This document shows, in pieces, positions 17,058 through 26,737 of a stretch of DNA of 43,584 bases. Source of the stretch: Acidobacteriota bacterium (GTDB taxonomy: Bacteria; Acidobacteriota; UBA6911; JACQSX01). A program made the position numbers and the translations under genes. The notes beneath the pieces are model-generated. The model had not been told where the DNA came from and searched no databases. It saw only the letters and a list, made by a program, of their open reading frames with translations. The first letter of the stretch is position 1, and each line of letters opens with the position of its first letter. The DNA lies in NCBI GenBank assembly GCA_036507075.1, contig DASXQR010000232.1, positions 1-43,584 on the forward strand, read 5' to 3'.

Positions 17058-19043
17058 ATGCGTGAAATCACCGTAGGAATCGGTGGAGCGGCAGGAGATG
17101 GCCTCGACAAAAGCGGGGATACTCTTGCCAAGACAGTTGCCCGCCGTGGCCTTTATGCCTACGCCTACAACAGCTATCAGTCCATCATCCGCGGCGGTCA
17201 TATCTGGCTGCGGGTGCGTGTTGCCGAAGAGAAAATCCAGTCTCACGGAGATCATCTCAGCGTACTGATTGCGCTTAATCAAGACACCATTGAGCGACAT
17301 GCTCCGGAAGTCAATCCCGGGGGAGCCATCATTTACAATTCCGAGAAATTCAAGTTAGACGCCGTACTCGTTAAAGACAACGTGCTCCCCGTTCCCCTTC
17401 CGGTTGCCACCCTGACCAAGCCGTTCGGCCGCGTTCTTCCGGTGATGCAGAACACCGTCGCGTTGGGCGCCTTGATCTATTTGGCCAGCCTTGACTTTGA
17501 TACGGCCGTGGAAGTCATCACGGAGACATTCCAGCACAAGGGACAGGCCGTCATCGACCAGAACCTCAGCATCCTGCGCGCCGGTTATGATTACGCAAAA
17601 GAACATTTCGTCCCGCTCGGGTATCAGTGGGACTTTAAGAACGTGCGCCGCCCCTTCATCACCGGCAACGAAGCGATGGCGCTCTCGGCCGCAGCCTCGG
17701 GATGCAAATTCTATTCCGCCTATCCGATGACCCCTGCATCCACTGTACTGCATTGGATGGTCGCCCATGCCGACAAGTGCGGCATCGTGGTCAAGCAGTG
17801 TGAAGATGAAATCGCCGTGGCCAACATGGCCATTGGCGCGGGTCACGCCGGAGTTCGGGCCATGTGCGCCACGTCGGGGGGCGGTTTTGCCCTCATGACC
17901 GAAGCGGTGGGAATGGCAGGAATGATCGAAGCGCCAGTGGTGTTCATCGAAGTCCAGCGGGGTGGTCCCTCAACCGGCATTCCGACAAAAACCGAGCAAG
18001 CCGATCTGAATCAGGTCTTCGGGGCCTCCCAGGGAGATTTTCCGCGCGTGATCGTCGCCCCGGGAGACATCGCCGACGCATACCGCACTACTTCGCAGGC
18101 ATTCAATCTTGCCGAGAAGTATCAGCTGCCCGTCATCATCATTTCCGACTTGCTGCTCTCGGAGCATCCGGAGACAGTGGAAATCAGCGATTTGCGCCAC
18201 GACCTGCCCATCGAGCGCGGCGAATTTGTCACGCAGGTTCCTTCCGGCAACGGGTACAAGCGCTACCGGTTTACGTCGTCGGGAGTTTCTCCTCGTGCCC
18301 TGCCCGGAACAGAAAATGCCGTCTATACGGCCGCCACCGACGATCACGACGAGCACGGGATTTTGATCAGCGACATGTTCACCTCTCCCCCGGTGCGGCG
18401 CAAGATACAGGAAAAGCGGATGAAAAAAATGTCTCTGCTGGCCGCCGAGCTGGAGCCGCCGCGGCTGGAAGGTCCTGCCGATGCGGAAGTAACCCTGATC
18501 GGGTGGGGATCCTGCAAGGGCGTGATCAAGGAAGCGGCCGATCTGCTGAATGCTTCCGAAATCAGTACCAGCCAGTTGCACTTTAAATGGCTGCTTCCGT
18601 TCCATTCCAAGGAAGCAATGGCAATTCTGTCCCGCTGCAAACGAACTATCTGCGTGGAAGTCAATTACACGGGGCAGTTTGCGCGCCATCTGCGCGCCGA
18701 GACGGGATACAGCGTCCACGATCGCATTTTGAAATATGACGGAGAACCGTTCGAGCCACATCACATTTTCGACGAAGTGAAGCGCATTCTGGAAGGCAGG
18801 CCCGCCAGCCTGGAAGTGACGCTGGACGAGGCCCGCGAAATGGCTTATCACTACATTCGCACTCACTTGAATGACGCTGCGCGGCCGGCTTTGATCGCGC
18901 GCACCACAGGAAACGGTTACGACGAAGACATTTGGCAGGTTGAGGTGGTGAGCCGCGACACGGGCCAGAAACGCGGGGATATGCACATTGGAGTGCAGAC
19001 CGGATCGCTTTATTCCTGGGCGCCGGTTTCACCGCCTAGGTAG
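17058..19043 (+). CDS. korA: 2-oxoacid:acceptor (ferredoxin) oxidoreductase subunit alpha (gamma-alpha fusion) with extra C-terminal domain
   Basis: GGAAGDG, YQSIIRGGH, GNEA, YPMTPAS, EDEIAV, TSGGGFALM, QRGGPSTGIPT; GGAGG RBS. Substrate specificity cannot be read from sequence alone. Confidence 0.9.
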   Translation: MREITVGIGGAAGDGLDKSGDTLAKTVARRGLYAYAYNSYQSIIRGGHIWLRVRVAEEKIQSHGDHLSVLIALNQDTIERHAPEVNPGGAIIYNSEKFKLDAVLVKDNVLPVPLPVATLTKPFGRVLPVMQNTVALGALIYLASLDFDTAVEVITETFQHKGQAVIDQNLSILRAGYDYAKEHFVPLGYQWDFKNVRRPFITGNEAMALSAAASGCKFYSAYPMTPASTVLHWMVAHADKCGIVVKQCEDEIAVANMAIGAGHAGVRAMCATSGGGFALMTEAVGMAGMIEAPVVFIEVQRGGPSTGIPTKTEQADLNQVFGASQGDFPRVIVAPGDIADAYRTTSQAFNLAEKYQLPVIIISDLLLSEHPETVEISDLRHDLPIERGEFVTQVPSGNGYKRYRFTSSGVSPRALPGTENAVYTAATDDHDEHGILISDMFTSPPVRRKIQEKRMKKMSLLAAELEPPRLEGPADAEVTLIGWGSCKGVIKEAADLLNASEISTSQLHFKWLLPFHSKEAMAILSRCKRTICVEVNYTGQFARHLRAETGYSVHDRILKYDGEPFEPHHIFDEVKRILEGRPASLEVTLDEAREMAYHYIRTHLNDAARPALIARTTGNGYDEDIWQVEVVSRDTGQKRGDMHIGVQTGSLYSWAPVSPPR

Positions 19044-19069
19044 CTGAAGTGCAAGGCTTGGGTAAGAGC

Positions 19070-19227
19070 TTTTTCACCACAAAGACACAAAGGCACAAAG
19101 TAAGACGCGGGGCAGGCAGAGGCCGGTCAGCTATGAAAAGTAAATTGACGCAACAGTTATTGGACCTGACCGGCCTCTGCCTGCCCCGCGTCTCACTTCG
19201 TGTTCTTTGTGCCTTTGTGGTGAAAAA
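19070..19227. repeat. CACCACAAAG-family element filled with a GGGGCAGGCAGAG inner hairpin, between korA and korB
   Basis: Outer cacaaag nonamer arms; perfect 28-bp inner inverted repeat at 19103-19130 / 19166-19193. Confidence 0.95.
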
Positions 19228-19247
19228 CTTCTAAGGAGAAAAACAGA

Positions 19248-20129
19248 ATGGCGACAGTACTTCCGCTTCCCATCACGAATTATGAAAGTGTGGTTGAACC
19301 CGACTGGTGTCCGGGCTGCGGAGATTTCGGAGTTCTCAAGTCGTTGAAAATGGCGGCGGGCAAGCTCGGAATCCAGCCGCATGAACTGATGGTGGTCAGT
19401 GGAATCGGGTGTTCCTCAAACCTGCCCGGTTTCATTCACGCTTATGGAGTTCACAGCCTGCATGGACGCGCTGTGGCCGTGGCGGAAGGAATCAAACTGG
19501 CCAATCACGACCTCAATGTAGTGATCACCGGCGGTGACGGGGATGGATACGGAATCGGCATCGGACATTTCATCCATGCCATGAGGAGAAATATCGACAT
19601 CACTTACGTGGTGATGAATAACCAGATTTACGGACTCACCACCGGGCAGGCCTCGCCCACCACGATGAAAGAGGTGCGGACCAAGTCGACGCCCCGCGGA
19701 AACGTTGAGCTGCCGATCAATCCGCTGGCGCTTGCCATCGTTTCCGGCGCCACCTACGTGGCGCGCGCGTTCTCGGGCGAACCGGACCACATGGCCGACA
19801 TGATCGCCGGAGGGATACGTCACAGGGGATTCGCGCTGATCGACACTTTCAGCCCTTGCGTCACTTACAACAAGGTAAACACATATCCTTATTTCAAGCA
19901 GCGCGTGTACAAGCTGGAAGATGAGGCAGGCTACGATCCGGGTAACACGGAAAGGGCCATGCAGAAATGTTTCGAATGGGGCGACAAGATTCCGCTGGGA
20001 TTGTTTTATCGCGACCAACAACCCACCTACGAAGACAGTGAACCTTCGCTTAAAGAGGCGCCTCTGGTCAAGCAGTCTCTCGCTTTGAAGAAGGAAATCT
20101 TCCAGGAGCTCGTGCAGGAAATGGTTTAA
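19248..20129 (+). CDS. korB: 2-oxoacid:ferredoxin oxidoreductase subunit beta
   Basis: WCPGCGDF, SGIGCSS, LHGRA, GGDGDGYGIG, NNQIYGLTTGQASPT, SPCVTYN; AAGGAG RBS. Confidence 0.93.
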   Translation: MATVLPLPITNYESVVEPDWCPGCGDFGVLKSLKMAAGKLGIQPHELMVVSGIGCSSNLPGFIHAYGVHSLHGRAVAVAEGIKLANHDLNVVITGGDGDGYGIGIGHFIHAMRRNIDITYVVMNNQIYGLTTGQASPTTMKEVRTKSTPRGNVELPINPLALAIVSGATYVARAFSGEPDHMADMIAGGIRHRGFALIDTFSPCVTYNKVNTYPYFKQRVYKLEDEAGYDPGNTERAMQKCFEWGDKIPLGLFYRDQQPTYEDSEPSLKEAPLVKQSLALKKEIFQELVQEMV

Positions 20130-20151
20130 CCCCCTGAAGCGCGACGACGCG

Positions 20152-20292
20152 AATTGAACCGCCAAGAGCGCAAAGAACGCCAAGAATTTTCAGTCATCCA
20201 GTAAGATTGAAGATTGGCGTCTGGGGTTTCCGTCAAGTAAGTAAATTCGAGCCATTCAAGTCTTGGCGTGCTTGGCGTTCTTGGCGGTTAAT
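20152..20292. repeat. AACCGCCAAG-family element overlapping the MFS gene 3' end
   Basis: aaccgccaagagcgcaaagaacgccaaga / tcttggcgtgcttggcgttcttggcggtt. Confidence 0.92.
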
Positions 20293-21623
20293 AGTCGTTC
20301 TTCCACGGCCGGGCTGAAGAGCCGGAACGACAGCAGGAAAGATACCAGCAGCAGCGCTGCGCCCGACCAGAACGGAAGGCCGATCGCAAACGTCAGCGAC
20401 AGATTCCCCCACGCCGGCCCCAGTATTCTGGCCAGCGATCCCAATCCCTGGGAAAGCCCGAACGTCTGCCCCAATTGCCCTTCCGGTGAAAGCTGCGAAA
20501 GTATCGACTGCAGGGAAGGTCCATGAAGTCCCGTCCCTACCGCCAATGGAATTTGTGCCAGGAACAGTCCGGCGGTTCCATAATGGCTTCCCAGATATGG
20601 CAGAATGGCAAGACCAGCCGCCAGAATGGCCAGACCGGCAATCACCAGCCGCCTCTCACCGAACCTCTTGACCAATATGCGGGTCAGACCCCCCTGCATC
20701 AGAACAATCAAGACCCCTACGAATCCCAGCAGCGACCCTGTTGTCTTTTGCACGTCCTTCAAAATCGCGTGTTGTTCCTCCACCGGCAACCGGTTCAAAG
20801 AAACGTAAGGTCCCGGGCGGGTCCGCAGGCGCAGCTCGGCAATGTAGTTGGAGAATGCTCCCTCCAGGCAGGCAAATCCGAAACTGGCAATGAAAAAGAT
20901 CGCCATCACGACGCGCAGTCCCGGAATGCGCGCCGCATTCGCAATGATGGAAAGAGGCGACCGCCGGTGCCTGCCGGCGCTGCGGCCCCGCAGCGACTCG
21001 GGCACTTTGAGCGCAATCCAGAGAAGATTGAAAAGACAAAGCGCTGCAGCCAATGACCCGATGGCAAAATTGCCACCGTGCCCCCCGGAAATATGATGCA
21101 GGTGAGTGGTGCCCCAGGCTCCCAGAAGTCCCCCAAGAAAGGGGCCCAGAATAAATCCCATGCCGAAGGCCGCCCCCAGCATGCCCATGGAGCGCGCCCG
21201 CGTTTCGGGCGTAGTCACGTCGGCGATGTATGCTTGAGCAGTCGCAATGTTGGCGCCGCCGATGCCGTCGATGATGCGCGCCAGAAACAACAGCGGGAGG
21301 GATCGCGCCAGCGCAAACAGAAGATAGCCTGCAAACGAAGTTGCCACGGACACGAGCAGCAGAGGTCGCCTTCCGTACCGGTCACTGAAGCTGCCCAGCA
21401 GTGGCGCAAACAGAAACTGCATCAGAGAAAAAGTTCCCGCCAGTATTCCAATCGTCCAGTTGGCGGCGCCAAACTGCTTTGCGTACAGGGCAAGCTGCGG
21501 CAGAACCAGCCCGAAGCCGAGCAAATCGATGAAGACGGTGAGAAAAATGGCGCGTAACGCGGTCTGGGAATGCTCTGCCGGCGTGGCAGAGTCGGATTCA
21601 GATGAGTTTCTTTTGCTGTTCAA
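20256..21623 (-). CDS. MFS transporter, TetA/DHA1 family; start uncertain (TTG 21623 proposed)
   Basis: IFLTVFIDLLGFGLVLP, GSFSDRYGRRP, ARIIDGIGG, AYIADVT, GAAFGMGFILGP, KRFGERR. The ORF-track N-terminus runs through a repeat. Confidence 0.88.
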   Translation of the reverse strand: MNSKRNSSESDSATPAEHSQTALRAIFLTVFIDLLGFGLVLPQLALYAKQFGAANWTIGILAGTFSLMQFLFAPLLGSFSDRYGRRPLLLVSVATSFAGYLLFALARSLPLLFLARIIDGIGGANIATAQAYIADVTTPETRARSMGMLGAAFGMGFILGPFLGGLLGAWGTTHLHHISGGHGGNFAIGSLAAALCLFNLLWIALKVPESLRGRSAGRHRRSPLSIIANAARIPGLRVVMAIFFIASFGFACLEGAFSNYIAELRLRTRPGPYVSLNRLPVEEQHAILKDVQKTTGSLLGFVGVLIVLMQGGLTRILVKRFGERRLVIAGLAILAAGLAILPYLGSHYGTAGLFLAQIPLAVGTGLHGPSLQSILSQLSPEGQLGQTFGLSQGLGSLARILGPAWGNLSLTFAIGLPFWSGAALLLVSFLLSFRLFSPAVEERLLTAKNAKHAKT

Positions 21624-21696
21624 GAAAATTGGTCCGTGTGAGCCGGCGGTTTGAGATGGTGATGAAATTTCCTTTTCTGTTCGGGGCTTCAAAGGC

Positions 21697-21776
21697 TTCA
21701 CCGCAGAGTCGCCGAGCACGCCAAGTTTCGCAGGAGCCTCTGCGTAACTTGGCGATCTTTGCGCCTCTGCGTTGAA
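21697..21776. repeat. TTCACCGCAGAG-family hairpin element
   Basis: ttcaccgcagagtcgccgagcacgccaagtt ... aacttggcgatctttgcgcctctgcgttgaa. Confidence 0.9.
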
Positions 21777-21839
21777 AGGAATGTTGCGAACCACTGAGCC
21801 GTTTTCATTTCAAGCTGGAGGCGCCCCAGCGGCGCCTGC

Positions 21840-22493
21840 CTACCCGCGCATGAACACCTTTCCATAAAGAAGCGCGGCGGCGGCGGCGCCGACACAAGGT
21901 CCCACCACATAGATCCAAAAATACGAGAGATCCCCCAGAGCCAAAGCAGGTCCGAATGTTCGCGCCGGATTCATGGACGCGCCGGTAAGAGAACCTCCCA
22001 TCAGGATATCCATGGTCAGGACAAGGCCGATTGCCAGTCCGGCGGCATTTCCATTCCTTCCCGCAACTCCGCTGCTGAAAACGGAAGCCATCAGAAAAAA
22101 CGTCAGCGCAGCCTCAATCACGATGGCTCGCGGCGGATCTCCGGTAAAGCTCCCGGTGGTCGCGCCGAGGCCACCGGTGTTTCTTATCAGATACTTCAAA
22201 ATATAGGCGGCCAGCGATGCGCCCACAAACTGGGCGACACAGTAAATCGCTCCCCTGGCCCACGAAATTTTCCCAGCCAATGCTATTCCCAGGGTGACCG
22301 CGGGGTTAACGTGCGCTCCGGACGCGGCGCCCCATGTATAAATAATCACCATCAGAGCAATTCCATGCGCCAGTGCCACGGCAACAATGCCGCCTCCGTT
22401 TGATCCGGCCAGCGCCCCGGCGCCGGCGCCGATAAAAACCAGCGTAAATGTACCTACGAGTTCCGCAATCGCAGGCTTCAGGTTGCCGTTCAT
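21840..22493 (-). CDS. Aquaporin (MIP family)
   Basis: AELVGTF, SGAHVNPAVT and ASMNPARTFGP (two NPA motifs); GGAGGAG RBS. Confidence 0.95.
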   Translation of the reverse strand: MNGNLKPAIAELVGTFTLVFIGAGAGALAGSNGGGIVAVALAHGIALMVIIYTWGAASGAHVNPAVTLGIALAGKISWARGAIYCVAQFVGASLAAYILKYLIRNTGGLGATTGSFTGDPPRAIVIEAALTFFLMASVFSSGVAGRNGNAAGLAIGLVLTMDILMGGSLTGASMNPARTFGPALALGDLSYFWIYVVGPCVGAAAAALLYGKVFMRG

Positions 22494-22510
22494 AGCTCCT
22501 CCGATAGTTG

Positions 22511-22570
22511 TTCACCACAAAGGCACAAAGGACACAAATCGTTCTTTGTGTTCTTTGTGCCTTTGTGGTC
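22511..22570. repeat. Empty CACCACAAAG-family element (no inner hairpin)
   Basis: accacaaaggcacaaaggacacaaa-tcgttc-tttgtgttctttgtgcctttgtggt. Confidence 0.93.
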
Positions 22571-22575
22571 AGGTC

Positions 22576-23733
22576 TCAGTCCTGAATCAACAGCTTCGCA
22601 ATGGTCTGTAACTGCATGTTGGATGTTCCCTCGTAGATTTTCCCGATTTTTGCGTCTCGATAGAATTTCTCCACCGGATAGTCGCGCGTATAGCCGTAAC
22701 CTCCGAAGATTTCCACCGCGGCTGAAGTGATTCGCTCCGCCACAGATGAGCTGAAATACTTTGCCATCGCCGCTTCTTTCGCAAAAGAATTTCCCGCGTC
22801 GCGCAGCCGCGCGGCGTTATACACCATCAGCCGCGCGGCTTCGAGTTCGGTGGCCATCTTAGCCAACTGGAACCGGATTGCCTGGAATTTGGCAATCGAC
22901 TGGCCGAATTGCTCCCGCTCTGTGGCATAGGCGACTGCCGCTTCCAGCGCGCCGCGCGAGAGGCCGATCATCTGCGCTCCAATGCCGATGCGGCCTTCGT
23001 TGAGGGTCTCAATCGATACCTTGTATCCCTTTCCGACCTCGCCCAACAGATTTTCCTTCGGTATCCGGCAGTGCTCCAGGAGGAGCTCGCAGGTGCTGCT
23101 GGCTCGGATACCAAGTTTGTCTTCCTTCTTTCCCACCGTAAAACCGGGTGCGTCTCTCTCTACCAGAAACGCTGTGATTCCTTTGTAGCCGAGCTGTGGA
23201 TCCACGGTCGCGAAAAGAATGAACAGATCAGCTTCCTTTGCATTGGTGATCCAGAGCTTTCTGCCGCTCAACTCAAAGCAGTCTCCACAATCCACGGCAC
23301 GCGTCTGAAGAGCAAAGGCGTCGCTGCCGCTGGAGGGCTCCGAAAGCGCATAGGCGCCCACGCTGGCGGAAGCGAGTCTCGGCAAAAACCTGCCCCTCTG
23401 CTCGCTTGTCCCCCAACGCAGAAGGGCGTTATTGACCAGTGTGTTCTGGACGTCCACCACCACTCCGACAGAGGCGTCGACACGTGAAAGCTCTTCTACG
23501 GCCAGCACGGACATAAAAAATGTGCCTCCCGATCCTCCCAGATCCTCGGGAATTTCGATACCCATCAGACCGAGCTCGAAGAGCTGCGGCAGCAGGCCGG
23601 GCTCCAGCAGGCCCTCGCGGTCCATCTTTTCAACCAGCGGCTTCACGCGACCAGAGGCGAAGTCAGCGACGCTGTCACTGAACATTCGCTCCTCATCGCT
23701 CAGGCAATTCAGTGGCAGGTGTTTTGGTTCCAT
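22576..23733 (-). CDS. Acyl-CoA dehydrogenase (short/branched-chain type)
   Basis: YALSEPSSGSDA, GRKLWITN, KLGIRASSTCE, LNEGRIGI, REQFG, FGGYGY, YRDAKIGKIYEGTSNMQ. Confidence 0.95.
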   Translation of the reverse strand: MEPKHLPLNCLSDEERMFSDSVADFASGRVKPLVEKMDREGLLEPGLLPQLFELGLMGIEIPEDLGGSGGTFFMSVLAVEELSRVDASVGVVVDVQNTLVNNALLRWGTSEQRGRFLPRLASASVGAYALSEPSSGSDAFALQTRAVDCGDCFELSGRKLWITNAKEADLFILFATVDPQLGYKGITAFLVERDAPGFTVGKKEDKLGIRASSTCELLLEHCRIPKENLLGEVGKGYKVSIETLNEGRIGIGAQMIGLSRGALEAAVAYATEREQFGQSIAKFQAIRFQLAKMATELEAARLMVYNAARLRDAGNSFAKEAAMAKYFSSSVAERITSAAVEIFGGYGYTRDYPVEKFYRDAKIGKIYEGTSNMQLQTIAKLLIQD

Positions 23734-23754
23734 CGTCCTTTCTGTGAAATGTAT

Positions 23755-23904
23755 AGTTGAGCACGAATTTTCACGAATTTCACGAATTTCACGAATTTAA
23801 TCTAGAAGAGTTGAGCACGAATTTTCACGATTTTCACGAATTTCACGATTTTCACGAATTTAATCTAGAAGAGTTGAGCACGAATTACACAAATTACACG
23901 AATT
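23755..23904 (+). repeat. Higher-order tandem array of CACGAATTT nonamers
   Basis: Three blocks starting agttgagcacgaatt, separated by an identical taatctagaag linker. Confidence 0.92.
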
Positions 23905-23925
23905 GCACTCCATCAACTTACTTGA

Positions 23926-23953
23926 TTGACAATGAGAAATCCCCATTTAACAT
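23926..23953 (+). promoter_or_regulatory. Putative sigma70 promoter for the AhpD-like gene
   Basis: TTGACA (23926-23931), 16 nt spacer, TAACAT (23948-23953). Confidence 0.55.
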
Positions 23954-23988
23954 AACGACAGGCGGCAATGTTTTCAATCGGAGGAGAC

Positions 23989-24513
23989 ATGCCAGAACTG
24001 GAATATGTGGAAAAAGGTCAGGAACCAGAAGAGCTCGCTGAGATCTACTCCGGTATGGAGAGTAAGCTAAAGAGAGTTCCGAACATTTTTAAAATGATGG
24101 CCCACGCGCCCAAAGTGCTGCAGCAGGTTTTGGAATTCAGTCGAGTCCTGGCATCGACCAAATTGGACGCCCAGCTCCGCGAGCTTGCCTACATAAAGAG
24201 CTCGCTTGTGAACGATTGCGAGTACTGCGCGCACCATCACAAGGCCCTGGGACGACGGGCCGGGCTGACGGATGAAAAACTGGAGGCCCTGGATGATTTC
24301 GAAAACAGTGATTTGTTCAATGATCTTGAGAAACTGGTCCTTCAATATGCCGAAGATTTGACCCGGGATGTAAAAACCGAAAGGAAGGTCTTGGAAGCCT
24401 TAAAAGAACATCTCAGCCCGCAGGAACTTGTCGAACTGAACGCAACCGTCGGTCTGGCGAACTTGACAAATCGCTTCAATGAGTCGTTCGGCACGGAATT
24501 GGAAGAAGGCTAA
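23989..24513 (+). CDS. AhpD/carboxymuconolactone-decarboxylase family peroxidase-related protein
   Basis: VPNIFKMMAH, LRELA..S..NDCEYCAHHH, NLTNRFN; GGAGGAG RBS before ATG 23989. Confidence 0.88.
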   Translation: MPELEYVEKGQEPEELAEIYSGMESKLKRVPNIFKMMAHAPKVLQQVLEFSRVLASTKLDAQLRELAYIKSSLVNDCEYCAHHHKALGRRAGLTDEKLEALDDFENSDLFNDLEKLVLQYAEDLTRDVKTERKVLEALKEHLSPQELVELNATVGLANLTNRFNESFGTELEEG

Positions 24514-24516
24514 CTC

Positions 24517-24710
24517 CGGAATGCGGAACGCGGAATGCGGAATAAAGAAAGCCGAATGCGGAAGGCGGAATGCGGAATGCGGAATAAAGAATGCGGAATA
24601 GCGAGGCCTACGTGCGCTTCATCAGCGCTTTGACTTTGCGATCTGAGCTACGATCTACGGAAAGCCTTAGATCAACGATTCATTGTTCTTTATTCCGCAT
24701 TCCGCCTTTG
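24517..24710. repeat. GCGGAAT-family element with amplified left arm, between convergent genes
   Basis: Multiple gaatgcggaataaaga blocks versus tctttattccgcattccgcc. Confidence 0.9.
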
Positions 24711-24715
24711 GGATA

Positions 24716-26422
24716 TCATCGCCTTTGTGGCATTTTTCGCGGCCGGTAGTCAGGGCCCATCAAAGCCCGTCCGGGTCTTGCCGGCGTGATCTCGCCCTTG
24801 TCAACCACCAACTGGCCGTTCACCGTCACGTAAGGAATCCCCTCGCTGTACCGCAAGGGGTCGGCATAGGTGGATCGGTCGCGCACTGTCAACGGATTGA
24901 ACACAACCAGATCGGCAGCCATTCCCACGCGCACCATCCCGCGATCGATTAGACCCATGCGCGATGCCGGCAGCGAGGTCATTTTGCGGATCGCTTCTTC
25001 CAGGGGCAGCAATTTCTCTTCCCGGACATATTTTCCCAGAATCCGCGCCGCCGAGCCCCAGGCTCTGGGATGCGATTTCTGCCTGGAAAAGATGCCGTCT
25101 GTGGCCGCCGCGCCCGAATCAGTGCACATGGAAACCAGAGGATGCCGCAGCGCCGCACGCACATCATCCTCGCTCATGATTGAAATGATGCAATTGCTGT
25201 TGCCCCGGTCCGCGATCACAACGTCCATCAGCACGTCGATGGGATCTTTCTTCTCGCTTGCAGCAATCTCCTCGAGCGTTTTACCTTCGTGCTTTTTCAA
25301 CGCGTCATTTAACACGCTTGAAATCATCACACCCGATGGACCTCCGGCGCCCAAATACTGGTTTTCCCAGTTCGGGTCTTCCCGCAGCAGCTCCTTTTTT
25401 ATGCGGGCTCGAACTTCAGGGTCCTTCAGGCGCGCCACCAGCTTTTCTTTGCCTCCTTCCCGCACCCACAGCGGGAGATTCGCATCCAGGCCATTGGAGG
25501 CCGCCGTGTACGGATACTGATCGGCCGAAACGTCCAGGCCTTGCACGCGCGCGTTTTCGAGGCGCCGCAACACGGCCGGCATTCGTCCCCAGTTTTTTCG
25601 GTAAGCTGTTTTCAGGTGATACACCTGAGCCGGTATTTCAGCCTCGCGCGCAATCCGGAACACCTCGTCCATGCTTTCTTCAATTTTGAAGGACTCCGAG
25701 CGTTGATGTGTAATGTAAGATCCTCCATATCGCGCGGCCACCCGGGCCAGCGCGATGATTTCTTCGGTAGAAGCGAATCGATCGGGAACATATTGCAGCG
25801 AAGTGGAAAGACCGAAGGCCCCCTGCTGCATCGCCTGGGCCACTAAATGCTCCATGCTCTTCAGCTCGGCAGCGCTTGCAGGCCTTTCTTCCAAACCAAT
25901 TACGTAGTTGCGCACGCCTCCCGCTCCCACAAACGTCCCCAGGTTGATGGCGGGGCGGGAGCGCCGCAGTGATCTGAAATAGCCCTCCAGAGTTGTCCAG
26001 TCGGGAAATACGCCGTATTTCTGCCACACATCGCGATCATCCTGAATCATGCGGGCCGTCACGGGAGCGATGGAGCTTCCCTCGCCGGTAATTTCCGTTG
26101 TGATGCCCTGCGTGATTTTGCTTGCCGCCCTGTTGTCAACCAGCACGTTGTATTCGGACTGCCCCAGCATGTCGATGAAACCGGGCGCTACCACAAGGTC
26201 CCGGGCATCAATGCGCCGTCGAGCCGAAGCGCCGCCCAGATTGCCAACTGCCTTAATGCGGTCGCCGGTGATGCCCACATCGGCTCGAAACCAGGGAGCC
26301 CCTGTGCCGTCCACCACTCGACCTCCGGAAAAAATCAGGTCATAGCCCGCACCCCGCTGCGCGGATTCCACAAATCCGGCCAGCAGCAATGGCAACAACA
26401 GACATACAGTTCGTGGTCTCAT
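24716..26422 (-). CDS. N-acyl-D-amino-acid deacylase (D-aminoacylase, amidohydrolase superfamily) with signal peptide
   Basis: GGRVVDGTG, VVAPGFID, QGITTEITGE, GAFGLST, DQYPYTA, HPRAWG, EEAIRKMTSLPA, ADLVVF. Confidence 0.92.
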   Translation of the reverse strand: MRPRTVCLLLPLLLAGFVESAQRGAGYDLIFSGGRVVDGTGAPWFRADVGITGDRIKAVGNLGGASARRRIDARDLVVAPGFIDMLGQSEYNVLVDNRAASKITQGITTEITGEGSSIAPVTARMIQDDRDVWQKYGVFPDWTTLEGYFRSLRRSRPAINLGTFVGAGGVRNYVIGLEERPASAAELKSMEHLVAQAMQQGAFGLSTSLQYVPDRFASTEEIIALARVAARYGGSYITHQRSESFKIEESMDEVFRIAREAEIPAQVYHLKTAYRKNWGRMPAVLRRLENARVQGLDVSADQYPYTAASNGLDANLPLWVREGGKEKLVARLKDPEVRARIKKELLREDPNWENQYLGAGGPSGVMISSVLNDALKKHEGKTLEEIAASEKKDPIDVLMDVVIADRGNSNCIISIMSEDDVRAALRHPLVSMCTDSGAAATDGIFSRQKSHPRAWGSAARILGKYVREEKLLPLEEAIRKMTSLPASRMGLIDRGMVRVGMAADLVVFNPLTVRDRSTYADPLRYSEGIPYVTVNGQLVVDKGEITPARPGRALMGPDYRPRKMPQRR

Positions 26423-26438
26423 GGATTCCTCGACAGAA

Positions 26439-26628
26439 AAAGTTACGAGTTGGCGGCGGGTTACGAGTTGTCGGTTTTCAAAATTGAAAATTGAAAATGC
26501 AGCGACTTTGGCAATTCTTAATTTTCAATTTACAACCCATAACTTTTCGCCAACTTTGTACCACCCCATTCTAACCGGCAACCTGAAACTGACAACCGGC
26601 AACCCGGCAACTCGCAACCCGTAACTTT
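26439..26628. repeat. GTTACG/CGTAAC heptamer element with inner AAAATTG arms (about 26480-26531)
   Basis: aaagttacgagtt..gggttacgagttgtcgg / ccggcaactcgcaacccgtaacttt; inner aaattgaaaattg / aattttcaattt. Confidence 0.85.
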
Positions 26629-26737
26629 ACCCGGAGTTAAGCGGGGCCAAGTGCAGTCTACTCATAAATTACGGTCAAAAACGTCACGGTGCCGATTTGT
26701 ATCCAACCTTCCCGAATGCTACACTTTTTCTACTTCC

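Noticed and set aside
17970..18986. Long antisense ORFs (338 aa here; also 19416-20183, 30281-31129, 31515-32417, 36494-37237)
   Set aside because: Shadow frames of well-supported GC-rich genes with no recognisable motifs.
23755..23904. Possible CRISPR array
   Set aside because: The intervening sequences are themselves 9-mer repeats rather than unique spacers, and there are no cas genes in the window.
24208..24240. Possible selenocysteine in the AhpD-like CxxC motif
   Set aside because: Both residues are encoded by TGC; there is no in-frame TGA.
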